A stretch of 35,497 bases of DNA, from positions 1 to 35,497 of the IMG/VR virus record IMGVR_UViG_3300000271_000004, one strand, 5' to 3'. A program made the position numbers and the translations under genes. Every line of letters begins with the position of its first letter. Within the stretch, counting starts at the first letter, position 1. This DNA comes from a virus. The notes beneath the pieces were generated by a model. That model was not told where the DNA came from. It did no database searches and saw nothing but the letters and a program-made list of their open reading frames with translations. Below, piece by piece: positions 26,120 to 33,067 of the stretch.

Positions 26120-26478
26120 GTTTAGCGTTCAAAATATTTGCCACTTGCATATTAACGGCTTTCGGAATGATAACATTTTGGAATCTTAACCACACTTTTA
26201 AATGGTATGAAGATTTAAATTGGTATTATGGTGTGGGTTTTGCAGTGGCATTATTTGGCGCTTTATTCCATGTTCACGATTCAGTTTGCAAGGATGAAAA
26301 ATCAAGCAAATTTCAAGAGATAGTTTCTAAGCTATTTTTATTTTTATCACTTTCCAATTTAGTGGACGAATTATTTTTTAATCCTTTCGTTGTAAATTGG
26401 CACGAATATCTAACAGCCCTAATCACTTTAACCGCAATAATTCATGTTACTAACAGAACTAAAAAAACTCGGAATTGA
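26116..26478 (+). CDS. Multi-TM membrane protein (holin-class candidate)
   Basis: 120 aa with 3-4 hydrophobic segments, first gene of the lysis cluster. Confidence 0.6.
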   Translation: MSLAFKIFATCILTAFGMITFWNLNHTFKWYEDLNWYYGVGFAVALFGALFHVHDSVCKDEKSSKFQEIVSKLFLFLSLSNLVDELFFNPFVVNWHEYLTALITLTAIIHVTNRTKKTRN

Positions 26479-26734
26479 TGTATTCTTCTTTATAGCTGGT
26501 GCATCTGGGGTTTTTGTTTCAAACCGAAAGAAACCAGATTTTAAATGGTGGACTTTTTTAATGGATATGACAGCGGGCGGTCTATCTGCAATGTACATAA
26601 CACCATTATTTACAGATATTATTCGTGTTGGTAGTAATGGTGAATTAGCACTTGCATTTGGTATTGGTTCAATGGGTTACAAAGCGTTGGATTTAATTAT
26701 TGATTTCATAGTAACTAAAATAAAGAAGAAATGA
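26444..26734 (+). CDS. Membrane protein (holin candidate)
   Basis: 96 aa with 2-3 TM segments and a basic KIKKK C-terminus. Confidence 0.6.
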   Translation: MLLTELKKLGIDVFFFIAGASGVFVSNRKKPDFKWWTFLMDMTAGGLSAMYITPLFTDIIRVGSNGELALAFGIGSMGYKALDLIIDFIVTKIKKK

Positions 26735-26943
26735 AACTACTTAGAAAGATAAGAGCAAAAACACCAGAGCGTGACAAGGCAATTGGTAAAGTATCAACGG
26801 TAATAGGAACAACTTGTGCGACTGTTTTAGCACTTGGATTAGTAGCCAACCCTATTGGAATAGTAGCGTTAACAGCTGGTAGTATTTTATTCGGTGGAAA
26901 AGCATTATTTCACGCTACAAAAACGGTTGAAGATGTTAGATAA
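26731..26943 (+). CDS. Small membrane protein (holin/antiholin/spanin-class candidate)
   Basis: 70 aa with a basic N-terminus and two hydrophobic segments. ATGA-coupled start. Confidence 0.55.
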   Translation: MKLLRKIRAKTPERDKAIGKVSTVIGTTCATVLALGLVANPIGIVALTAGSILFGGKALFHATKTVEDVR

Positions 26944-27460
26944 GTTACAGGATTTCGACGTTCTATTTTGCTATGGTGACGGCTTATTATCTAAAGCAAT
27001 TAAAACTGTTACACAATCGGAGTTTAGTCATGCAGGACACTTTCGATTAATCAACGGCAAAGCATTTGTAGTTGATGCACAGAAAGAGGGTTTAACAGCA
27101 CGACCATTTGAAGAGTGGCAAAAGGAGTTTAACTACACGTTTATCGTAATGCGTGAACCTAATTTGACAGCTTTAACAATTGAGAACTACGCGCAACGTG
27201 AATTTGACTTATTAGGTACGCGCTATGACTTCGAAAGCCTAACAATTAGACAACCGAGAAAGATAGTAATTGAACTTTTGAATAAGTTACGCAAAAAGAA
27301 GAAAGATTCCTGGAACGAAAAGAGCGATGCTAAGGAACTTAAACGCTTATATTGTAGTGAACACGTAGCAACGGTTAGAAACTTTGCAGAAAAGCAGTTA
27401 ACACCTAAAGAATTGCTATTTGAGTGTTTACAAAGAAACTATACAGAGATAAAATTATGA
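26933..27460 (+). CDS. YiiX/YaeF-type (C92) permuted papain-fold peptidase
   Basis: FDVLFCYGDGLLSKAIKTVTQSEFSHAGHF (His first) followed by LYCSEHV (Cys later). ATG at 26933 is preferred. Confidence 0.7.
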   Translation: MLDKLQDFDVLFCYGDGLLSKAIKTVTQSEFSHAGHFRLINGKAFVVDAQKEGLTARPFEEWQKEFNYTFIVMREPNLTALTIENYAQREFDLLGTRYDFESLTIRQPRKIVIELLNKLRKKKKDSWNEKSDAKELKRLYCSEHVATVRNFAEKQLTPKELLFECLQRNYTEIKL

Positions 27461-27927
27461 AAACAAAAGGACAAGAAATAGCTGATTTGGCTTTTAAAGA
27501 AGTTGGAACTAAGGAAGAGCCACGAAATAGCAATAAACAAAAGTACGGTGAATGGTTCGGATATAACGGTGTTGCATGGTGCGCAATGTTTGTTTCATGG
27601 TGCTACAATAAAGCTGGTTATCCATTAGGTAAAATTGGATATAAAAATGGGTATGCTGGATGCCAAACAGCCGTTAAGCACTTTAAAGAAACAGGAGAAA
27701 TAACGAATGAGCCTAAAGTTGGAGATATTGTTTTCTTTGATTGGAACGGAGATAAGCGTTATGACCATACAGGAATTTTTAATGGATGGAAAGACAAAGA
27801 TAATGGCATAATGTACACTATTGAGGGTAATACGTCATTAACCAACCAAAGTAATGGTGGCGAAGTAATGAGCCGTAAACGTTCGATTAATAATGTTATA
27901 TTCGTTCACCCTAAAGTATTGGATTAA
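27457..27927 (+). CDS. CHAP-domain peptidoglycan hydrolase (endolysin)
   Basis: GVAWCAMFVSWCYNKAG (Cys), DHTGIF (His) and YTIEGNTS motifs. ATGA-coupled start at 27457. Confidence 0.8.
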   Translation: MKTKGQEIADLAFKEVGTKEEPRNSNKQKYGEWFGYNGVAWCAMFVSWCYNKAGYPLGKIGYKNGYAGCQTAVKHFKETGEITNEPKVGDIVFFDWNGDKRYDHTGIFNGWKDKDNGIMYTIEGNTSLTNQSNGGEVMSRKRSINNVIFVHPKVLD

Positions 27928-27977
27928 ATAGTTGAACAACGCGCGAAAGGCATCATATGATAGTTGTTACTATTGCA

Positions 27978-28009
27978 AACCGATTGAATTATTCAGTCGG
28001 TTTTTTTTA
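27978..28009 (+). terminator. Rho-independent terminator ending the late operon
   Basis: ACCGATTGAA pairs with TTCAGTCGGT (10 bp including one G-U), followed by a T8 run. Confidence 0.7.
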
Positions 28010-28012
28010 TTT

Positions 28013-28040
28013 ACCACTCATCTAATTATATAACCGTTCA
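28013..28040 (+). promoter_or_regulatory. Bipartite motif ACCACTCA-N11-AACCGTTCA, copy B
   Basis: Both half-sites and the spacing are identical to copy A. Confidence 0.5.
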
Positions 28041-28072
28041 TCACAATCTACAAATAAATTATTTAAAACCAC

Positions 28073-28102
28073 TTGCAATTGTTTAAAAGTGTTGTACATT
28101 TG
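28073..28102 (+). promoter_or_regulatory. Bacteroidota-type promoter candidate (TTG-N19-TAcaTTTG)
   Basis: TTG at 28073-75 and TACATTTG at 28095-102, 24 nt before the ATG at 28126. Confidence 0.55.
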
Positions 28103-28125
28103 TAATGTAATAAAAAACGGAAATT

Positions 28126-28641
28126 ATGAGAATCACAAAAATGATGGCTGAAAATGCAGCCCGTAAATTGACAAGAAAACAGTTTGATGAATTGGAATTG
28201 AGTCGAAAACTATTCAAGACCAAACTGACAGAACACTGTTTTTCTTTAGTCCATGAGAATGTAAAGAAAGCATTTATTGATGAGTTGTTAAATAAATTTC
28301 TAAGCTTAACATCATCATCTCAACTTAATGGATGCGGCTTTTCTTACGACTGGATGTCTTTAACACATAGCATCCCTTCAATTGGAGGAAATCGTATTAA
28401 TATTCAATTTGAAAACAATTCCAAGATTGGGAAGGAGTTATTTGAACTTTACGAATCTAACATTAAGGAAACTGACAGATTAAATAAACTAAAAGCAGAT
28501 ATTGAACTGGCTTTAGTGTCAATGAAAACACTTAAACGTGTAGAAATTGAGTTTCCAGAAGCATTGGAATTCTTACCTAAAAATGAGAATACTGCAATTA
28601 TGGTAAATATCAATCCAATTAGAGAGCAGTTAAAGAAATAA
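28126..28641 (+). CDS. Hypothetical early protein
   Basis: 171-aa ORF, the first gene after the promoter. Confidence 0.65.
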   Translation: MRITKMMAENAARKLTRKQFDELELSRKLFKTKLTEHCFSLVHENVKKAFIDELLNKFLSLTSSSQLNGCGFSYDWMSLTHSIPSIGGNRINIQFENNSKIGKELFELYESNIKETDRLNKLKADIELALVSMKTLKRVEIEFPEALEFLPKNENTAIMVNINPIREQLKK

Positions 28642-28685
28642 CAACTACGTTGGGCGAAAACGTTAAGCGCATTAATCAAAAATCT

Positions 28686-28988
28686 ATGAAAAAATCACTT
28701 TTAATCTTATCACTACTATCAACAACAGCAAACGCGCAAAAGATACCCGTTGACAAAGTAGCGCATTTCGGAGTAGGGTTTGCATCAGCAAGCATGACAA
28801 CAGCAATACTAACGCGCTATGATGTTAAACGTCCAGCGTTAATCGGTTTCGGTGTCGGATTCGCTTTGGGAGTGGGAAAAGAAATAGCGGATAAATACAC
28901 AGGAGGTAATCCATCGGTCAAAGATGCGTGTGCTACTATCTTAGGTTCGGCACTTGGATGCGTTACAATTAAAATCGCAATTAAATAA
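28686..28988 (+). CDS. Secreted or membrane small protein with a signal peptide
   Basis: MKKSLLILSLLSTTANA/QK signal-like N-terminus followed by G/A-rich hydrophobic segments (DKVAHFGVGF..., GVGKEIADK). Confidence 0.65.
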   Translation: MKKSLLILSLLSTTANAQKIPVDKVAHFGVGFASASMTTAILTRYDVKRPALIGFGVGFALGVGKEIADKYTGGNPSVKDACATILGSALGCVTIKIAIK

Positions 28989-28998
28989 ACCAATAATT

Positions 28999-29217
28999 AT
29001 GAAACCAACAACAGACAATTGGAGTTTAAATACTCTAACAGAAAAACCGAAACCCAAGTTAATGGACTTTCATGTGTTCTATACTATCTTACAAGACGGT
29101 AAAATAGTGAATACGGGTTTGAATGTAGAAGCATATTCTATGTTAGAAGCAATAGCAAAGTTTAATGAAGAATTTGATATTGAACCTATTTATGTAGTTA
29201 ATAAGGGTTCACTATGA
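28999..29217 (+). CDS. Hypothetical protein
   Basis: 72 aa from the ATG at 28999. Confidence 0.55.
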   Translation: MKPTTDNWSLNTLTEKPKPKLMDFHVFYTILQDGKIVNTGLNVEAYSMLEAIAKFNEEFDIEPIYVVNKGSL

Positions 29218-29339
29218 AAAGCCTAATATTTTACTGTGTAGTATTCCTAATCGCAGTAGTTACCTTTTTCTTACTTGGGTACTACTTAGGATGCGAGGTT
29301 AAAGAAGTGAGAGAGTGTGTAATTAAAGTAGTTGAGTGA
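29214..29339 (+). CDS. 41-aa single-TM micro-protein, absent from the ORF track
   Basis: MKSLIFYCVVFLIAVVTFFLLGYYLGCEVKEVRECVIKVVE. ATGA overlap upstream and TGATG overlap downstream. Confidence 0.45.
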   Translation: MKSLIFYCVVFLIAVVTFFLLGYYLGCEVKEVRECVIKVVE

Positions 29340-29545
29340 TGAAAACAATTAGAGAATGGTTAAGCGAGTTACCAGAAGAAATCGCAAAGGAAGCAATCGA
29401 GGAAACTATTAGATTGAGTGATGAAATTCATTTATCTGTTAAAGATTATAGTTTAAAAGAGGCTTTACTCGGAATGTTTTGTTGGGATAAATCAAAAAAA
29501 GGAAATGATTATTGGTTAGAAATAGTTGAAAAATACGCCAAATGA
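29339..29545 (+). CDS. Hypothetical protein
   Basis: 68 aa from the ATG at 29339. Confidence 0.6.
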   Translation: MKTIREWLSELPEEIAKEAIEETIRLSDEIHLSVKDYSLKEALLGMFCWDKSKKGNDYWLEIVEKYAK

Positions 29546-29685
29546 AACAAACACCATACATACGCGCTAAACGTCGTGAGATGCGAGATTGCAACTATCT
29601 ACATTACATTGACTGCAAACCAACAAAAAAGCTGATTAGATTAAACGCTAAGATGCAAGTAGTAACAATTGAAATAAAAATATGA
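29542..29685 (+). CDS. 47-aa basic micro-protein, absent from the ORF track
   Basis: MKQTPYIRAKRREMRDCNYLHYIDCKPTKKLIRLNAKMQVVTIEIKI, with ATGA overlaps at both ends. Confidence 0.4.
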   Translation: MKQTPYIRAKRREMRDCNYLHYIDCKPTKKLIRLNAKMQVVTIEIKI

Positions 29686-30143
29686 ATAGAACAACAATAA
29701 CGGTAGAGTGGGAAAGTCAACCAGACTTAATAAAAGCCTTAGAGCGCGTTTCTTTGTCTAATCTAACAAATGACACACACGAATCAGAATCGTTCAAATA
29801 CAGCTTTGAAACGGTGCATTCAATTGACCATGAAAGTTTGATGCGATTGGATAAGATAGATAGATTCAAGGCTTATGCTAAAGAGTTGGGAGTGTATAAT
29901 AAAAAAAGAAATCGCCCATTACCCGATATTAGAAGATTAGTTTGGTTGTATCTTTACGAACGAAAGTTATATTTAGGTTTTAGTCTAACAGCAATTGGAG
30001 ATATAACAGGCGGTCACGACCATGCAACAGTATTATTTGGTTTAAAATCAATTAAAAGTATGATAACTTCAAAATACGAAGCAGAGGAACTAAATAAAAA
30101 GAAAGCCGAGATATTCGAGCGAATGAATGAGTTAAATCAGTAA
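29682..30143 (+). CDS. DnaA domain-IV-like (Bac_DnaA_C-type HTH) DNA-binding protein
   Basis: DIRRLVWLYLYERKLYLGFSLTAIGDITGGHDHATVLFGLKSIKSMI closely follows the DnaA C-terminal signature (SL..IG...GG.DH.TV). Confidence 0.7.
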   Translation: MNRTTITVEWESQPDLIKALERVSLSNLTNDTHESESFKYSFETVHSIDHESLMRLDKIDRFKAYAKELGVYNKKRNRPLPDIRRLVWLYLYERKLYLGFSLTAIGDITGGHDHATVLFGLKSIKSMITSKYEAEELNKKKAEIFERMNELNQ

Positions 30144-30153
30144 TCAAATAAGT

Positions 30154-30519
30154 ATGTTTAAATTAACAGGAACACTAAAAGTAAAAAATGATACGGTTGT
30201 TGTATCGGAAAAATTCTCAAAGCGTGATTTCGTTATTACCGACAATTCAAGTATGTACCCCCAGGATATTCAATTCCAACTAACGCAAGATAAATGCGCA
30301 TTGTTAGATTCATTCCAAGTAGGTAAAGCAATAGAGGTTTATTTTAATCTTCGTGGGCGCGAATGGAATAGTCCAAGTGGTGAGGTGCGTTATTTTAATA
30401 CCATTGATGCTTGGAAATTAGAAGGTACACAAATTCCAGAATCAACCCCAACGGCAAACGCACCGATTCCGAGTACACATATTGGAAATGATGAACTAAC
30501 GGATGATCTCCCTTTCTAA
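30154..30519 (+). CDS. DUF3127-type OB-fold protein with an SSB-like acidic C-terminal tip (DDLPF); probable phage SSB
   Basis: The pattern FSKRDFVITDNSSMYPQDIQFQL...GREWNSPSGEVRYFNTIDAWKLE matches DUF3127. It has a P/T-rich linker and ends in DDLPF. Confidence 0.75.
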   Translation: MFKLTGTLKVKNDTVVVSEKFSKRDFVITDNSSMYPQDIQFQLTQDKCALLDSFQVGKAIEVYFNLRGREWNSPSGEVRYFNTIDAWKLEGTQIPESTPTANAPIPSTHIGNDELTDDLPF

Positions 30520-30526
30520 ACTAACC

Positions 30527-30554
30527 AAGCGCGGGTGGATTCATTCGCGCTTTT
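30527..30554 (+). terminator. Hairpin, weak terminator candidate
   Basis: AAGCGCG pairs with CGCGCTT (7 bp) around a 12-nt loop, followed by only a short T-run. Confidence 0.4.
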
Positions 30555-30566
30555 AAAACTTTAATT

Positions 30567-30770
30567 ATGAAAGAAGAAATATTGAAATTAATAAGCGAAA
30601 AAACTCAAACATTTACAGGTAACGGTGAGTACTTTTTTAAATACATAGACCCTTTAGATTGTATAGAAATAATTACTTCGCTAGATATAAAATATAGCTC
30701 CACATTCCTATGCAAACATAAAGAAGTATTAGATTGTAAAGTTCAATGTATTGCGTGTACTAAAAAATAA
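30567..30770 (+). CDS. Hypothetical Cys-containing small protein
   Basis: 67-aa ORF. Confidence 0.55.
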   Translation: MKEEILKLISEKTQTFTGNGEYFFKYIDPLDCIEIITSLDIKYSSTFLCKHKEVLDCKVQCIACTKK

Positions 30771-30790
30771 ACCACTAAACACTTTATCCG

Positions 30791-30818
30791 ACCACTCAAC
30801 ACAATTTTTAACCAAACA
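30791..30818 (+). promoter_or_regulatory. Bipartite motif ACCACTCA-N11-AACCaaaCA, copy C
   Basis: It has the same first half-site and the same 11-nt spacer length. An extra degenerate ACCACTAAACA lies at 30771. Confidence 0.5.
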
Positions 30819-30832
30819 CTTTGAAGTTGTAG

Positions 30833-30840
30833 TATGTTTG
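30833..30840 (+). promoter_or_regulatory. -7 box TAtgTTTG
   Basis: Matches TAnnTTTG and lies 26 nt before the ATG at 30866. Confidence 0.4.
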
Positions 30841-30865
30841 TGGGGTAATTAAAAACAAAGGAATT

Positions 30866-31102
30866 ATGAAAGCAATTTTAATAAATAATGACAGTCAAGT
30901 CGACTGGACTAAAACTAATCAGTTATTAATTTCCACATTTGGTAGAGTTATATTAACCTTACAGCACGAAGGTAGAGACCCTTCGCAATTTACAGGTGTA
31001 ATAGTGTACTCCGTAGATAAAGATGAGATTGGTATTAGTAGCGGTTTTATAAAATCAAATTATAAGCCGTTCAACGGTTCCGTAACCCTTCAAAACGATT
31101 GA
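30866..31102 (+). CDS. Hypothetical protein
   Basis: 78-aa ORF whose start context AATTATGAAAGCA is identical to that at 2683. Confidence 0.6.
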   Translation: MKAILINNDSQVDWTKTNQLLISTFGRVILTLQHEGRDPSQFTGVIVYSVDKDEIGISSGFIKSNYKPFNGSVTLQND

Positions 31103-31105
31103 CAA

Positions 31106-31375
31106 ATGAAATCACTCACTAAACAACCAATACAACGCGACTTTCTAACGCTGTCAAAATACGAAGCGAGTAGAAATATACAGCAGACCAAGTTAATGCC
31201 GTTAGAACTATCTAAAATGACGTTAAAAAGCTATGTAGCTAACAGCGGAATGGGTAGCCGTAAAGATATCACATTCGACAACTTCGACCAGATTATAAAA
31301 TTTAAGCAAGTTGGAAATGTTGTGCAGGCGGTGGGATTAGTTGGGAATTTAGGAACACTTTTAATCTTGGAATGA
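31106..31375 (+). CDS. Hypothetical protein
   Basis: 89-aa ORF. Confidence 0.6.
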   Translation: MKSLTKQPIQRDFLTLSKYEASRNIQQTKLMPLELSKMTLKSYVANSGMGSRKDITFDNFDQIIKFKQVGNVVQAVGLVGNLGTLLILE

Positions 31376-31380
31376 TGACA

Positions 31381-31407
31381 TTTGTATCAGTAAAAACATT
31401 ACATTTG
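31381..31407 (+). promoter_or_regulatory. Promoter candidate (TTTG-N15-TAcaTTTG)
   Basis: TTTG at 31381-84 and TACATTTG at 31400-07. The spacer is shorter than the usual ~19 nt. Confidence 0.45.
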
Positions 31408-31424
31408 TGTATTATATTTTTATT

Positions 31425-32048
31425 ATGGAAAGTAGATTAACTTATTTAGAAGATGCTGGATTTATACAGTATAAAAACCAAAAATGTTTTATGGTTAAAT
31501 GTCAATGTAATTGTGGTAAAATTATTACTGTTAGAAAACAAAATTATAAGAGTAAAAAAACAAAAAGCTGTGGATGTATAACAGTTGAATTATCAAAAAA
31601 GCTAAATGCTTCTCATGGATTAACAAATTCTGGAACTTACAGGTCTTGGTCTGCAATGCTTACTCGTTGTACAAATAAAAAAACAGCTCAATACCATAAT
31701 TATGGTGGTAGAGGTATTTTAGTTTGTGATAGGTGGAAAAAGTTTGAATTATTCTTGGAAGATATGGGGATTAAACCAACTGAAAAACATCAACTTGATA
31801 GAATAGATAATAATGGTAATTATGATATTTTAAATTGCAGATGGGTTACTAGATTAGAGAATTGTAATAACAAGAATAACAATTCAAGATTTAATTATAG
31901 AGGAGAGTTTTTATCTACAACAGAAATATCAAGAAGAACAGGAATATTAAGGTCAAGAATAAGTAATTGGAAAAATAGGTCTAATTATTCTAACGAAAAA
32001 ATAGAATTATTAATAGAAAATTTATCAAATGAAACACTTAGAGTTTGA
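31425..32048 (+). CDS. HNH-like homing-endonuclease-type protein (Cys-rich N-terminus, C-terminal HTH-like segment)
   Basis: CQCNCGK...SCGC, SHGLTNSGTYRSWSAMLTRC, YGGRGILVCDRW and LDRIDNNGNYDILNCRWVT..EN..N motifs. GC is very low. Confidence 0.6.
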   Translation: MESRLTYLEDAGFIQYKNQKCFMVKCQCNCGKIITVRKQNYKSKKTKSCGCITVELSKKLNASHGLTNSGTYRSWSAMLTRCTNKKTAQYHNYGGRGILVCDRWKKFELFLEDMGIKPTEKHQLDRIDNNGNYDILNCRWVTRLENCNNKNNNSRFNYRGEFLSTTEISRRTGILRSRISNWKNRSNYSNEKIELLIENLSNETLRV

Positions 32049-32412
32049 ATTACAAGTAAGAGTATGTGAATACTTAAACACACATTTTCCAGATACTCTT
32101 TTTCTTAGCGACACGGTAGCATCATTGAAGTTAACAATGGGACAAGCGATGCGGAACAAGAAGATACAAAAGGACAGCTTTAAAACTCCTGATTTGATAA
32201 TCTTTGAGCCGAAAGGATGTTACAACGGTTTATTCATTGAGTTAAAAATTGACTCTCCATTCAAAAAAGACGGAACATTAAAGAAGTCAGAACATTTAGA
32301 TGGGCAATGGAAATCGATTTTAGATTTAAGGAGAAAGGGATACTACGCAAACTTCGCCACAGGATTCGACGAAGCAAAAAATATCATTGATTGGTACATG
32401 AGTTTGAAATAA
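32029..32412 (+). CDS. VRR-NUC domain nuclease (PD-(D/E)XK)
   Basis: EFELQVRVCEYL, PDLIIFEP, LFIELK and GQWKSILDLRRKGYYANFATGFDEAKNIIDWY motifs. Confidence 0.75.
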   Translation: MKHLEFELQVRVCEYLNTHFPDTLFLSDTVASLKLTMGQAMRNKKIQKDSFKTPDLIIFEPKGCYNGLFIELKIDSPFKKDGTLKKSEHLDGQWKSILDLRRKGYYANFATGFDEAKNIIDWYMSLK

Positions 32413-32418
32413 ATTGAT

Positions 32419-32530
32419 TATATTTGTTGAACGGTTCGCTCTGACACTATAGAACTAAAAAAAATTAGTTACACCCTGTAATTGAAGTAAGAGGTCAGAG
32501 CCTTACAGATTTTACAGGGTTTTTTATTTT
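32419..32530 (+). ncRNA. Structured leader or small-RNA candidate ending in a terminator
   Basis: TAtaTTTG box at 32419-26. Stem A is 32438-45 with 32494-501, and stem B is 32474-81 with 32512-19 followed by a T-run. An alternative partner TTACAG lies at 32503-08. Confidence 0.4.
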
Positions 32531-32549
32531 ACTTAAATAACGGAATGTT

Positions 32550-33065
32550 ATGGATTTTTTAGAAAAAGATTTGGAAGAAATCATTTACAAATCAGATAAG
32601 CAAAAATTATGTGATGCTGGATTAAGTTTAATGTTTGACTTAAGGAGGCAAGTTAAAATTGGAAATTATGGAATTGCCGATTTAATACATTATAGAAGAC
32701 CTCATTTAAATCCTTATGATAATAAAATGTACAAAGGATTTATTGAGATTATCGAACTTAAAAACAAGAAAATTGGTGTTAGCACATTTTTTCAGGCTTT
32801 AAATTATTTACAAGGGATTAAGACTTATTTAAAGAAAAAAGGAATAGAAAATAATTACGATTATAGAATTACACTTATTGGAAGAGAATTAGATTTATCA
32901 TCATCTTTTTGTTTTTTAGGAGATGTTTTTCAGCCGTCTCATGATGAAAATTATTTACTTAGTCAGTCGTTTACTTCTGTTCATTTATACAAATATATTT
33001 ATTCTTTAAACGGAATAGAATTTGAAGAAATAGAAGATTATAACATATCAAATAAAGGATTTTAA
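32550..33065 (+). CDS. PD-(D/E)XK-fold nuclease candidate (NucS/DUF4263-like core)
   Basis: GIADLIHY...FIEIIELKNKKI...FFQALNYLQG fits a D-x(n)-E-x-K plus Q..Y pattern. GC is very low. Confidence 0.55.
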   Translation: MDFLEKDLEEIIYKSDKQKLCDAGLSLMFDLRRQVKIGNYGIADLIHYRRPHLNPYDNKMYKGFIEIIELKNKKIGVSTFFQALNYLQGIKTYLKKKGIENNYDYRITLIGRELDLSSSFCFLGDVFQPSHDENYLLSQSFTSVHLYKYIYSLNGIEFEEIEDYNISNKGF

Positions 33066-33067
33066 TT

